64,000 nt of DNA from Candidatus Woesearchaeota archaeon (GTDB lineage Archaea > Nanobdellota > Nanobdellia > Woesearchaeales > UBA583), in NCBI GenBank assembly GCA_965205335.1, contig OZ242164.1, positions 736,001 through 800,000 on the forward strand, read 5' to 3'. Within the stretch, counting starts at the first letter, position 1. Every line of letters begins with the position of its first letter. Below the pieces are notes generated by a model. That model saw nothing but the letters and a program-made list of their open reading frames with translations. It was not told the DNA's origin and made no database searches. The position numbers were made by a program, and so were the translations under genes. Positions 9,641 to 18,973 of the stretch are shown piece by piece.

Positions 9641-10225
9641 CAAAGAAAACAAAAGCTCATAAAATTCCTAAAAGAAATAGACAAACTAAAATCAATTAAT
9701 CGTGCTATTGATTTACTTCACTTGAACAGACGTGAAAGCGTAGCCGAACACTCTTGGCATTTAGCGATGATGATCATAACTCTAAAAGATGAACTGCCAA
9801 GAAAACTAAACTACTCAAAAATGCTTGAAATAGCTCTTATACATGATTTGGTTGAAATATATGCAGGAGACACATTTACATTTGATAAAAAGGCTCAAGA
9901 GGATAAAAAAGAAAGAGAAGAAAAAGCAGCAAATAAACTTTTTAAAATCCTGCCAGAGGATTTAGAACAAAAATTTCACGAAATATTTCAGGAATGCGAA
10001 ACCAGAAAGTCAGAGGAAGCCCAGATAGTTTACTCACTTGACAAAATTCATCCTGTTATGCAGAATTTACTCTCCTGCGGAAAAACATGGAAAGAATACA
10101 AAATAACTTTTAAGGAACTTGATGAAAATAAAAGACCGAAAATGAAATACAATATAGAAATATACAATCTATACGAAACATTTCTTGATGAAGCAATAAA
10201 AAGGGATTTGTTCTATAAAAAATAA
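9641..10225 (+). CDS. HD-domain hydrolase (YfbR/HDDC2-like) lacking a canonical start
   Basis: LIKFLKEIDKLKSINR (upstream of the TTG at 9722), ESVAEHSW, IHDLVEIYAGD, LDK; frame open from 9467 without ATG/GTG/TTG until 9722. Confidence 0.8.
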   Translation, partial: QRKQKLIKFLKEIDKLKSINRAIDLLHLNRRESVAEHSWHLAMMIITLKDELPRKLNYSKMLEIALIHDLVEIYAGDTFTFDKKAQEDKKEREEKAANKLFKILPEDLEQKFHEIFQECETRKSEEAQIVYSLDKIHPVMQNLLSCGKTWKEYKITFKELDENKRPKMKYNIEIYNLYETFLDEAIKRDLFYKK

Positions 10226-10532
10226 ACTATACTGCTCGCCCATAATATACAGGATTACCTGAAGAATTTGTATCTTTCCATCCTCGTGCTAACCTCTTGC
10301 CATTTGATTACTATAAAAGGTATTCTTACAAACAATCTTAAATATTTAAACTTTTATTACAAAATTTCAGAGGTTACATAATTGCATTATTTACTTCGTC
10401 ATTAAACATTTAGATTTTTATGTATGACTCTTCGCAAATGGCAAGCCGCACTACCTCGGTAAATTTAAACATCAATACTTTCATATAGAACTTTACAAAT
10501 ATAATAACAGCAAATTATTCATTAAAACAAAT

Positions 10533-11753
10533 TTAAATATTCAGACTCTTACACAATGCCTCATAAACTCTGCTCTCATACTGAGAATTCTTCTCTTCCT
10601 CCTGCTTTACCAAATCAAGAGATAACATCTGCTTTAAAATCTTAACTAGTTCTTGTTTATTTTCCTCTCCATCAAGAACCTGACTAATTACATCATCCTC
10701 AATTGACTTTGAATCCTTGCCTATATCCACATTATAAAGTTTCAACTCCGATGAAGTTAACTTATATGCATTTTTCAGAATTATTAAAGCTCCCTTCTCA
10801 TAACAAAATGAAACAATCTCACTTAACTTCAAATCAGAAATCTTTCCATCGACAACTCCTGAAATTTCCAAAAGAAGAATCTTATTCCTAAAATTTCTTT
10901 TTGATAACTCTTTCTCAATCATAATTCTTGCATCAATTGGATTCAAATTATCTATCTCAATCCTTACATGCTCCTTCTCATAAGTCTTCAAAAAAATTCT
11001 CTCAATTTTCGTCTTTCTTGTTTCAAAATCAAACTCACACATATTAAAACTTGGAGTCTCTCTTTTCAACTCTGAAAAATTGTTTGGAAAAAGCGGCCCG
11101 GGATATGAAAGAATTCCACTTCCGTATTCTCCTTCCATATGTGTATGAACATGTCCTCCCGCATAATAATCAAACCCAGAAGGTAAATAAGACATCACAG
11201 CATCAGAATTAACATTTTTCAAAAACTCTGGCTTAAAATCATTTAATGTTGTATGAAAAAGAAAAATATTAAAATTATCCTTTGATAAAGTATTTGCATT
11301 TAAATTTATATATATATTTTTATCAAGTCCGTTTTTCTTCCCCAAAACTCCACAAAGAACTGCCCCACAGGCATCTTTTGTAAACTTAAGATTTATCTTA
11401 TTTCTATCAACATAATCAAACTTACAAACATCAACAAACATCCCTGCCTTCTCTAAAAGCGTTAAATATGACTTTCCTGAATTAGAATAATCATGTGAAC
11501 CCCCTATTATATAAAGTGGAATATCACATTTCTTAAGTTTCATTAATTCCACTACAACCTTTTCAACCAATTCAATTGGAGGCATTGCATTATTAAAAAT
11601 ATCTCCTGCAAACAATGCAAAATCGGGTTTTAACTCAATAATCATATCTATTGATTTTTGAAAAGTTTCAAAATTAAGATTTGTTAGAATTCTCTCTCTC
11701 CAGCCCCCCAAATGCAAATCTGCAAGATGTGCAAACCGGATCTTCTTACCCAT
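10533..11753 (-). CDS. mre11: DNA double-strand break repair nuclease Mre11
   Basis: HLADLHLG, AGDIF, GSHD, YYAGGHVH, YPG phosphoesterase motifs. Confidence 0.88.
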   Translation of the reverse strand: MGKKIRFAHLADLHLGGWRERILTNLNFETFQKSIDMIIELKPDFALFAGDIFNNAMPPIELVEKVVVELMKLKKCDIPLYIIGGSHDYSNSGKSYLTLLEKAGMFVDVCKFDYVDRNKINLKFTKDACGAVLCGVLGKKNGLDKNIYINLNANTLSKDNFNIFLFHTTLNDFKPEFLKNVNSDAVMSYLPSGFDYYAGGHVHTHMEGEYGSGILSYPGPLFPNNFSELKRETPSFNMCEFDFETRKTKIERIFLKTYEKEHVRIEIDNLNPIDARIMIEKELSKRNFRNKILLLEISGVVDGKISDLKLSEIVSFCYEKGALIILKNAYKLTSSELKLYNVDIGKDSKSIEDDVISQVLDGEENKQELVKILKQMLSLDLVKQEEEKNSQYESRVYEALCKSLNI

Positions 11754-11795
11754 AGAATATTAACAAAAATTGTATTTATATAGTTTGGGGATAAT

Positions 11796-12917
11796 TCATT
11801 CTCTTTCTAATAAAGCACAAATCTTCCTAACTTCTTCATCTCTAAGTTTTCTTCTCTTACTTTCTATGAAATTACGCAATTTACTAAGAGATACTACCAT
11901 CACCCATTTATGTCTTATGTCATATTCCAGGTTATTTTTTATTGGTAAAAGGATTTTTACAATACTCTTTAAAATGTGTTCTCTCCTTCTTCCAATCTTC
12001 ATTTTTAGGTATCTATATAAAACATCTCCTTCTCTATCTACTTGTTCATGAGGAGAAAAGCCTTCGTAAGATTGAGATTCTGTATACTGAGAACTCCAGT
12101 TCTTAACTTCTATTACAAAGATACCTTGAGGACTTGTCACAACAAAATCAATCTGTGCAGATTTCATATCTTTAGTTCCATTATACCAATGATATTCCCC
12201 TAAATCCAGATATACATCTTTATGAATAAAATAATTATCATTTAATTTTCGTAATTCAGTTAAAACTTTACGTTCTCCTAATGCCCCAGCATAATCTTTA
12301 GAATTTTTGATTTCTTTCAAGTAATTTATTGATTCCTCCAGTCTCTCTTCTGTCTCTCTAAATTTTTTCCTTTCAAAATCAATCTCCTGCCTTAAACTTC
12401 TTTCTTGTTTCTCAAATTCTTTTTCGGGATTTTCTTTAAGTTCAGAAATTTTCCTTTCTTTATTAACAATTTTTGATTTGATTAATTTAATAGCATTTGG
12501 TTTTAGTATCTTTTTTTTAATAAACGAATTTGTATAATTATAGAATAAATTAAATATAAAGTAAAGTTTTTTTTCAGAAAACACCAATTTTTTGCAATTT
12601 TCAACTCTTTCGTTATCATCCTTTATTTTTTGTTCCCAATTTTTGTGAGTACTTTTTTCCTCTTTGTATAAATTTGATAGTTCCTTTTCCTCCTCTTTAA
12701 TTCTTTTTGGAAATCCCTCTTTATAGAATTTCTTTTTTCTCTTAATTAATTCCTCTTCAAGTTTCTTAATCTGTTTAGGGAAAAGTTCTCTTTCCTCTTT
12801 TAGTTTTAATTTCAACCCATTTAATCTATCTTCAACGTCCTCAAATTTAGAAATCCCTTTAAAATTATTAACCAATTCTTCTTCTGCTCCACACATCTTA
12901 TCAAATTCATATGCCAT
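11796..12917 (-). CDS. Coiled-coil protein with C-terminal NERD (PD-(D/E)xK) domain
   Basis: GALGERKV, QIDFVVTSPQGIFVIEVKNW, SPHEQV after long K/E-rich coil. Confidence 0.85.
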   Translation of the reverse strand: MAYEFDKMCGAEEELVNNFKGISKFEDVEDRLNGLKLKLKEERELFPKQIKKLEEELIKRKKKFYKEGFPKRIKEEEKELSNLYKEEKSTHKNWEQKIKDDNERVENCKKLVFSEKKLYFIFNLFYNYTNSFIKKKILKPNAIKLIKSKIVNKERKISELKENPEKEFEKQERSLRQEIDFERKKFRETEERLEESINYLKEIKNSKDYAGALGERKVLTELRKLNDNYFIHKDVYLDLGEYHWYNGTKDMKSAQIDFVVTSPQGIFVIEVKNWSSQYTESQSYEGFSPHEQVDREGDVLYRYLKMKIGRRREHILKSIVKILLPIKNNLEYDIRHKWVMVVSLSKLRNFIESKRRKLRDEEVRKICALLERE

Positions 12918-13044
12918 AATAAATAGAAGCCCAAAATATTTATAATATTTGTCTTTACAAATCACTAATTTTTCAATTTAGATTATATCTTCTAAGGGTT
13001 CTAGGTATATAATTAGAAAGATGTAAACTCTAAATATTTTGAAA

Positions 13045-13515
13045 CTATTTTATTCCAAACCCATTTAAAATCTCATCAGCATGATTTTTTACTACTGGTT
13101 TTTCAATTATACTTACAATTTTTTGATTCTCATCAATAAGAAAAGTCTGCCTTAAAGTTCCCATAAACTCTTTCCCCACAAATTTCTTCAACTTCCAGAC
13201 GCCATAAGCTTTATTTACTTCTAAACTCTCATCAGAAACAAGAATAAATGGAAGTTCTTTCTTCTCTGCAAACTTAATATGAGATTTAACTGGATCCTTT
13301 GAAACTCCAATAACCTCAATATTATTTTCCCTTAATCTTTTAATATTATCACGTAAATTCTTTGCCTGAATAGTACACCCAAAGGTTAAATCTTTTGGAT
13401 AAAAATACAAAGCAATCTTTTTACCCTTAAAATCAGACAAACTAATCTTTCCCTCCTTTCCATTAATTAAACCAATGGAATTAAAATCTGGTGCGACATC
13501 TCCAACCTTTACCAT
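13045..13515 (-). CDS. bcp: Thiol peroxidase BCP/PrxQ (single Cys)
   Basis: APDF, LYFYPKDLTFGCT, VIGVSKD, RQTFLID. Confidence 0.92.
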   Translation of the reverse strand: MVKVGDVAPDFNSIGLINGKEGKISLSDFKGKKIALYFYPKDLTFGCTIQAKNLRDNIKRLRENNIEVIGVSKDPVKSHIKFAEKKELPFILVSDESLEVNKAYGVWKLKKFVGKEFMGTLRQTFLIDENQKIVSIIEKPVVKNHADEILNGFGIK

Positions 13516-13613
13516 ATAATCTTAAAAATGAATGTTTACTTATAAAACTTATTTTATTGTATTTCTCTTATTCTAAGATACTGCTCTAAAAATTCTTTCC
13601 TCTAAAAAACAAA

Positions 13614-14216
13614 TCACGACAAACTAGGGAATTTATCTTCTCCCTTTTTTAAATTCTTTTTTTCTGAATAAATCATAGGAGGAAGTGTTATTATAGCAAG
13701 TGTCGTCATAACGATAATAACAAGAGTTATGAAGACTATAAAATGGCTTGTGGGACTAATCTCTAATTCTTTATCTTGTATATTTAAATTTCTGAGTTCT
13801 GTAATTAAAAAGTTAATATCTTGAGGATTAACATCTTGGAAATCACTATCAGAAGCCTTTATAATTAAGTTTTTAGAAACTTCTTGCAAATTATGCAGAT
13901 GTCCATTTGCTCTAACGCTGTCTTGTCTATATATATTAATTAATGCGAGTATATGTCTTTTCAAAATATTTTCAACTTCTTCAATTTCTTTTTCACTTCT
14001 GCTATTTAGAAAACTAATTAAAAACCTAATCTCTTCTAAATTTTCATTACTTACCTCCTCTTGTAATATATGTTCAACAACAACTTTGGGCTCTAAGTTC
14101 CTTGCACTATTCAAATCATTCGCTCTATACAAACCACCTCCTGCTGTAGCAATCGCCATTAAAACACCTACAATTGACGCCTTAATTTTTCTACTTAAAA
14201 GTTTTCCTAGTTTCAT
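13614..14216 (-). CDS. Hypothetical membrane protein
   Basis: N-terminal hydrophobic segment and C-terminal TM helix. Confidence 0.65.
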   Translation of the reverse strand: MKLGKLLSRKIKASIVGVLMAIATAGGGLYRANDLNSARNLEPKVVVEHILQEEVSNENLEEIRFLISFLNSRSEKEIEEVENILKRHILALINIYRQDSVRANGHLHNLQEVSKNLIIKASDSDFQDVNPQDINFLITELRNLNIQDKELEISPTSHFIVFITLVIIVMTTLAIITLPPMIYSEKKNLKKGEDKFPSLS

Positions 14217-14262
14217 AATTTAAATAAGCCATGTTTATACTTTATAACTTTTTGCTTTACAA

Positions 14263-14599
14263 GGCTCTAAACAAATAATAGACTTTTCTTTCTTGGTTAA
14301 AAATCAGCATGATTCAAGAGTTGCAAAGAAACTTTTCAAAAGACTCAAAATAAAGAAAAGTGTCATTGTAGCAGATAAAGGATACTTTTCCTTTGATCAT
14401 TTGGAAAATCTCAAAGAAAAAGATATAGATTTGATTTTCCCACCAAAAAATTATGGAAAAACTAAACATAATATATTTGAGCATTTTAAAATCAAACAAA
14501 AATACCTGAAAAAATAAAGAAATATACAATAAAAGGAACAATGTGGAGAGTGTGTTTTCATCTCTTCTTCCTTAAAAAAATTAATTTATGGACAGAGCC
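14263..14599 (+). mobile_element. Internally deleted IS5-family (ISH1-like) element
   Basis: Ends GGCTCT...GGACAGAGCC; 8-bp TSD CTTTACAA (14255-14262, 14600-14607); transposase fragment HDS...IVADKGY (14293-14517). Confidence 0.85.
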
Positions 14600-14697
14600 C
14601 TTTACAATCCTATAACAGCAAAAATAATTCTCCTATCTGTATCTTCCAAATTGAAACTAACTAAGAGAATTTAATTTAGTTACAGACAAACGAAATC

Positions 14698-14705
14698 TTT
14701 ATATA
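14698..14705 (+). promoter_or_regulatory. Archaeal TATA box of PCNA gene (probably leaderless mRNA)
   Basis: CGAAATC then TTTATATA, 21 bp before ATG 14727. Confidence 0.6.
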
Positions 14706-14726
14706 ATAGTAAACATTGAATTTTTC

Positions 14727-15473
14727 ATGGAATTAATATTAGAGAACCCAAATCTTCTAAAGAAAAGCATAGAGATAATTTCAGACATAGTTTTAGAGGG
14801 AACAATTGTATTTAAGCCAGATTATATGGAACTTGTAGCACTTAACTCGAATAATGTAGTTATGGTGATTTTCAGATTATTGCAGACCAATTTTGAAAAA
14901 TATGAGATTACTTCCGATGTTCAGATTTCTCTGAGTTTGGAACATTTGAGCAGTGTTCTAAAATCATGTGATGACAGAGGCAGATTAACCCTTAATGTTG
15001 ATTCAGACTCAAACAGATTAAAAATCATAAGTGAAGGTAATAACAAAAAAGAATTTGAACTTTCGTTAATTGATTTTCAGGACGGAAATCTTCAGAAAAT
15101 TCCTGATTTAGAATTCCCTATTAAAGTTATATCTTCAAGTTCAGCATTTACAACAGCGATTAATGATTTGGGATTTTTGGAAGAAGGAGTCACATTCAGT
15201 GTTTCCAAGGAAAAATTTTCAATAGAAGGCAGAACAAATTCAATGGCAGGAAAAATTGACTTTGAAAAAGACATTGATATTTCATACAAAGGTGAAGAAG
15301 CAAATTACAAAAGCAGGTACTCAATGGATTATCTAAAAAAATTCATAAAAGCAGATAAGATAGTAAACACTGTTGAAATGAGTTTTAAAGATGAATACCC
15401 GTTAAAGATTGAGTATAAACTTATTGACAGATTGTTATTAGGATTCATTTTAGCCCCAAGAGGAGAGGAATAA
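14727..15473 (+). CDS. pcn: DNA sliding clamp PCNA
   Basis: 248 aa; SRYSMDYLKKFIKA, EYPLKIEY, FILAPR C-terminus. Confidence 0.95.
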   Translation: MELILENPNLLKKSIEIISDIVLEGTIVFKPDYMELVALNSNNVVMVIFRLLQTNFEKYEITSDVQISLSLEHLSSVLKSCDDRGRLTLNVDSDSNRLKIISEGNNKKEFELSLIDFQDGNLQKIPDLEFPIKVISSSSAFTTAINDLGFLEEGVTFSVSKEKFSIEGRTNSMAGKIDFEKDIDISYKGEEANYKSRYSMDYLKKFIKADKIVNTVEMSFKDEYPLKIEYKLIDRLLLGFILAPRGEE

Positions 15474-15574
15474 GATTAATATTATTTACCATTCTTTTAT
15501 TTTAGAATTAATGTGTGATTATCCTTTTAATAGTTATCCCAAATCTAAAAAATTTATCCAATAATTCTTAATTT

Positions 15575-15848
15575 TTGAACATTTATGAAGTTTATTAATA
15601 TAAATTGAAGTGTCTTTATAAAAATTAAAGTATATATTAAAGAAAAACTATTTACTATTATGGGTAAAAAAGAAATTGGAATCATATTTCTCACTTCAAA
15701 AAGTAATCTTGAAATCCTGAAAGTTTTAGATGAGAACAAGAATGCCTATGTTTATGTGGGGCGAGGTGGAGATGGTGAAAATCCTCAATTTTATAAGTTT
15801 GATGAATGGGTGTTGAGGAGAAAGAGGAAGAACCTTTTAGATGAATTT
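15575..15848 (+). pseudogene. Chimeric ORF: promoter and 5' end of wHTH-gene homolog fused to a fragment of the pilin-like gene homolog
   Basis: FLTSKSNLEILKVLD identical to 32456-32776 protein; YVGRGGDGENPQFYKFDEWVLRRKR similar to YVGREGDRNPRFYKFDEKALRRKR in 4648-6246 protein. Confidence 0.85.
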
Positions 15849-16154
15849 GATTTATTATCATCTTTACTAAGACTTTCTATGCACACAGTATTTTCTGTAC
15901 GTGGCTCTATCAATTCAAAATAATGAACTTCATCTGCTCCTGAAGCTGATTTAACATGAAAAGTTTTCTCAATCACGCTACTATCACGAACATCCGTTTG
16001 AATATTACTATCTTCATTATCCTCTCCAAATGCATTATATGTATGAAAATTATCTTTGTTTAATACCTCTGCCTCGTTTTTTGGTAAAATACTCATATAC
16101 ACCTCACATTGAGACTTCTGAATACTTCTTGAGGTGGTTCTAAAAGGCAGGAGA
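15849..16154 (-). pseudogene. Internal fragment of a homolog of the 1838-aa surface protein
   Basis: CEVYMSILPKNEAEVLNKDNFHTYNAFGED...FELIEPRTENTVCI aligns with CKLLLRLLPSNAGRITRDNFRNYSIVGED...FDIVRPFEKQSVCV. Confidence 0.75.
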
Positions 16155-16508
16155 TTATTTCTCCTTAAATTTTTTCTTTAATCTTTTAATGGTTCTTTGT
16201 TGGTTTGGATAGTTTTTATTCCCAGATTTTTGATTACTATGACCTTCTAAAACTGTGACTTTCCCTAAATAGACAACATTATTAATCACAATTTCCCCAG
16301 TTTTAATTTCATAGTAAAATCTAAATTTGTCAATCGCAAACTCGCAAAGCAAGTTTCTGTTCTCATGTTCCAAAACATGCTTTCTATTGGGAGGGATAGG
16401 ATTCTTTCTAAGAATCTCCAACTCTTTCTTAAATCTCTTTTTAAGATTTGCATCTTTATTGTTCTTTAAAAACTTCCAAACTCCTTCCTTAACTTTTACC
16501 TTCCACAT
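16155..16508 (-). CDS. RelE/ParE-like toxin
   Basis: MWKVKVKEGVWKFLK, LRKNP, KFRFYYEI; basic, follows tiny ORF. Confidence 0.7.
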   Translation of the reverse strand: MWKVKVKEGVWKFLKNNKDANLKKRFKKELEILRKNPIPPNRKHVLEHENRNLLCEFAIDKFRFYYEIKTGEIVINNVVYLGKVTVLEGHSNQKSGNKNYPNQQRTIKRLKKKFKEK

Positions 16509-16509
16509 C

Positions 16510-16611
16510 CTACAACTTGTTTTTTATTTTGTCCCAGTCATATGAACGTTCTGTTTTAGATATTCTTTTTAATCTTGCGATTAACTCTTTTTTAGTCTCT
16601 TTTCTTGCCAT
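16510..16611 (-). CDS. Putative 33-aa antitoxin
   Basis: Hand-translated MARKETKKELIARLKRISKTERSYDWDKIKNKL, stop 1 bp before toxin ATG. Confidence 0.55.
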   Translation of the reverse strand: MARKETKKELIARLKRISKTERSYDWDKIKNKL

Positions 16612-16633
16612 AAGATAATTATAATTTGGTTTT

Positions 16634-16783
16634 TTATAAATTTAACTCTGAATTGAGTTCTGTTTTCTTATTAATTGCATTTAGGATACTTCTTTCAAAT
16701 TTATTATTTTCTGATTTTTCTAATAACTGATTGTATGTCTCTTTTGCCTCAGGAGATAAAATTACCCTTACTTTTTTCTTCAT
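16634..16783 (-). pseudogene. 3'-truncated RelE-like toxin
   Basis: MKKKVRVILSPEAKETYNQL...RSILNAINKK parallels N-half of 17096 toxin, then stops; ATGA overlap with upstream ORF. Confidence 0.6.
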
Positions 16784-16998
16784 AGTTCTAATCCTTCGTT
16801 TATAGCATTTCTTAGGTTTGTATTTGTATTGTGAATCCAAGAGATTCCCCTTATACTTACAGCAATCTTATTACTTCTTTCAAGGTATTCTAATATTATC
16901 TTCAATGTATTGTGATTAATTTGCTTGGGGATAATTTTTTTTAATGATGCAATACTTATAATGCTCTCATTCATATTACTTAGAGTATCTTCCACCAT
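16780..16998 (-). CDS. Putative antitoxin (wHTH-like), probably 5'-truncated
   Basis: MVE...IPKQINHNTLKIILEYLERSNKI...W paralogous to 17437-17721. Confidence 0.65.
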   Translation of the reverse strand: MVEDTLSNMNESIISIASLKKIIPKQINHNTLKIILEYLERSNKIAVSIRGISWIHNTNTNLRNAINEGLEL

Positions 16999-17095
16999 AA
17001 TTCTTATCTGCTCTTATATTCTAGTCTCAATAGATTTTTTAGTTGGATGAGGGTTAGTTGGATTATACATAACCCATAAATTCTAAAGATAAAAC

Positions 17096-17440
17096 TTAAC
17101 TCTTATATCTAAATGTTCTTACATACTCTTTATGATTGAACCATTCTAATATAATTGAATAAATCTGAACTTTATCATTTTCCAAAACATAAATAATTCT
17201 ATATCCTGAGGGCAAATCATATTTCCAAAGAGAATATCCTTCAATTAATCTTAAATATTTTTTAGGAAGCCTATCTTTAGGTATTGCAACACCGCAAAAA
17301 CCATTTTCTTCCAAGTCATCAATTGCTCTGTTTATCCACTTGTATAATCTTTTTTGTTGTTCATCTCCTCTTGATAGGGATTTATACGTTCTTTCAAGTT
17401 CTTTGTTTACAAACAGAACTTTTGTACGTTTCTTAATCAT
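17096..17440 (-). CDS. RelE-family toxin
   Basis: GVAIPKDRLPKKY, LWKYDLPSGYRIIY, LEWFNHKEY; ATGA coupling to antitoxin. Confidence 0.8.
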   Translation of the reverse strand: MIKKRTKVLFVNKELERTYKSLSRGDEQQKRLYKWINRAIDDLEENGFCGVAIPKDRLPKKYLRLIEGYSLWKYDLPSGYRIIYVLENDKVQIYSIILEWFNHKEYVRTFRYKS

Positions 17441-17721
17441 TTTGCCCCTACTGAGTTTTTCAATAGTTTGCCACTTGTGATGCCAATCCACACAACTTTT
17501 CCTTCTTTGTCAATACCAATTTTATTTGAGTGGATTAAGTAATTGAGAATTACTGAAAACGTCTGATATCTCATTTTTTTTGGTAATTTCTGCCATAGTG
17601 CTTTTCTTTTGTAAATTGCAGAGTTTTCTGAAATAAATTTCTCTACCATTAGAATTGTGTTTAATTGCGGATATGAAAACGCATCCTCAAACATTTCTGA
17701 AATTATTCCTTTGGCTTCCAT
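17437..17721 (-). CDS. Putative antitoxin (wHTH-like)
   Basis: YPQLNTILMVE, LPKKMRYQTFSVILNYLIHSNKI; upstream of and coupled to RelE. Confidence 0.7.
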   Translation of the reverse strand: MEAKGIISEMFEDAFSYPQLNTILMVEKFISENSAIYKRKALWQKLPKKMRYQTFSVILNYLIHSNKIGIDKEGKVVWIGITSGKLLKNSVGAK

Positions 17722-17770
17722 AGTTATATTAATATGTATACCTATATAAATTTATTGTTTTCTAATTTTT

Positions 17771-18711
17771 TGTGTAGTCGGGTGACATATGTCACCAGTT
17801 AAAAAATTCTTTATTTTCCCAATTTCATGAAGAAATATGAAATCCGCAAAGAATTTGTTAAGTTAAGAGTGAAGCAATTTTCTTATTCAAAATGTCAGAA
17901 AATTTTGAAGAGTAAATTTGATTATAATATTACTATTCGTACTTTAAAACGTTGGCAACGCTGTTTTAATAAAGAATCCAATTGGGATTTTTGTGACAAC
18001 TCTCAAAGACCAAATAAAATCTGGTATAAAGTAACCTTGGACATTGAATCTAAAATTATCAATTTAAGAACTGCAACAGGATGGGGAGCTAAAAAGCTCC
18101 GTGATTCTTTACATTTAGACTTACATCCAGCCACTGTGAATGAAGTTTTGAAACGCAACAATTTAACTAGAAAAGAACATAACAGAGGTCAACGTAAGAA
18201 ATATGTTCGTTTTCAAAGAAAACATGCAAATTCGCTTTGGCACATAGATGATAGCGAATTTGGAAAAAAAAGCAAAATAATTGCTGTAGTTGATGATGCT
18301 ACAAGATATTGTTTAGGAATCTTACAGGTTCCTACTGTAACAACCATGGTTGTTACTGAATTTCTTGATAATTTAACTAAGGAGTTTGGAACTCCAACTC
18401 AAATAATTAGTGACAATGGTGCTCCCTATGGATTAAATAGCAAACATTCTAAGTTTGATGTTTGGTGTCGTAGAAGAAAGATTGAACATATTCGGACTAG
18501 AGTAAAGAGACCTCAAACAAATGGAAAAGTCGAAAGACTTTTTGGAACAATTGAGAGAGAAATTAAATATTGTAATGAGGATTTAGAGAAATTTAGAATG
18601 AGATATAATCATTTTAGACCTCATGAGAGCTTGTTTTTACAAACTCCAGCAAATGAATTTTATTCATTTGAAAGAATGTTGAACTGGTGACATATGTCAC
18701 CCGACTACACA
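17771..18711 (+). mobile_element. Intact IS481-family element
   Basis: Perfect 30-bp TIRs TGTGTAGTCGGGTGACATATGTCACCAGTT; flanking 15-bp duplication TGTTTTCTAATTTTT (17756-17770, 18712-18726). Confidence 0.93.
17827..18690 (+). CDS. IS481-family DDE transposase
   Basis: LWHIDD, VDDATRY, SDNG, PQTNGKVER, YNHFRPHESL. Confidence 0.93.
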   Translation: MKKYEIRKEFVKLRVKQFSYSKCQKILKSKFDYNITIRTLKRWQRCFNKESNWDFCDNSQRPNKIWYKVTLDIESKIINLRTATGWGAKKLRDSLHLDLHPATVNEVLKRNNLTRKEHNRGQRKKYVRFQRKHANSLWHIDDSEFGKKSKIIAVVDDATRYCLGILQVPTVTTMVVTEFLDNLTKEFGTPTQIISDNGAPYGLNSKHSKFDVWCRRRKIEHIRTRVKRPQTNGKVERLFGTIEREIKYCNEDLEKFRMRYNHFRPHESLFLQTPANEFYSFERMLNW

Positions 18712-18973
18712 TGTTTTCTAATTTTTTTATCTTATTAATAGAGTATATGAATAGTTTATTTCCTTAACTACTAAATATTAAAAGTAGAAATTCAAATTCC
18801 TATTATCTTACTATCATTGAGTAGGGATAACTATATAAATAACAATCTCTTATTATTTTAAGTATTAAAGAGAGTTTTCACAATAAAACTCTTAAATGTT
18901 AAAAGGCATGCATTTAGTTATTTAAGAATTATATAAACTTTATATGATGGTGCAAGTTTCTTTTTAATTAACA

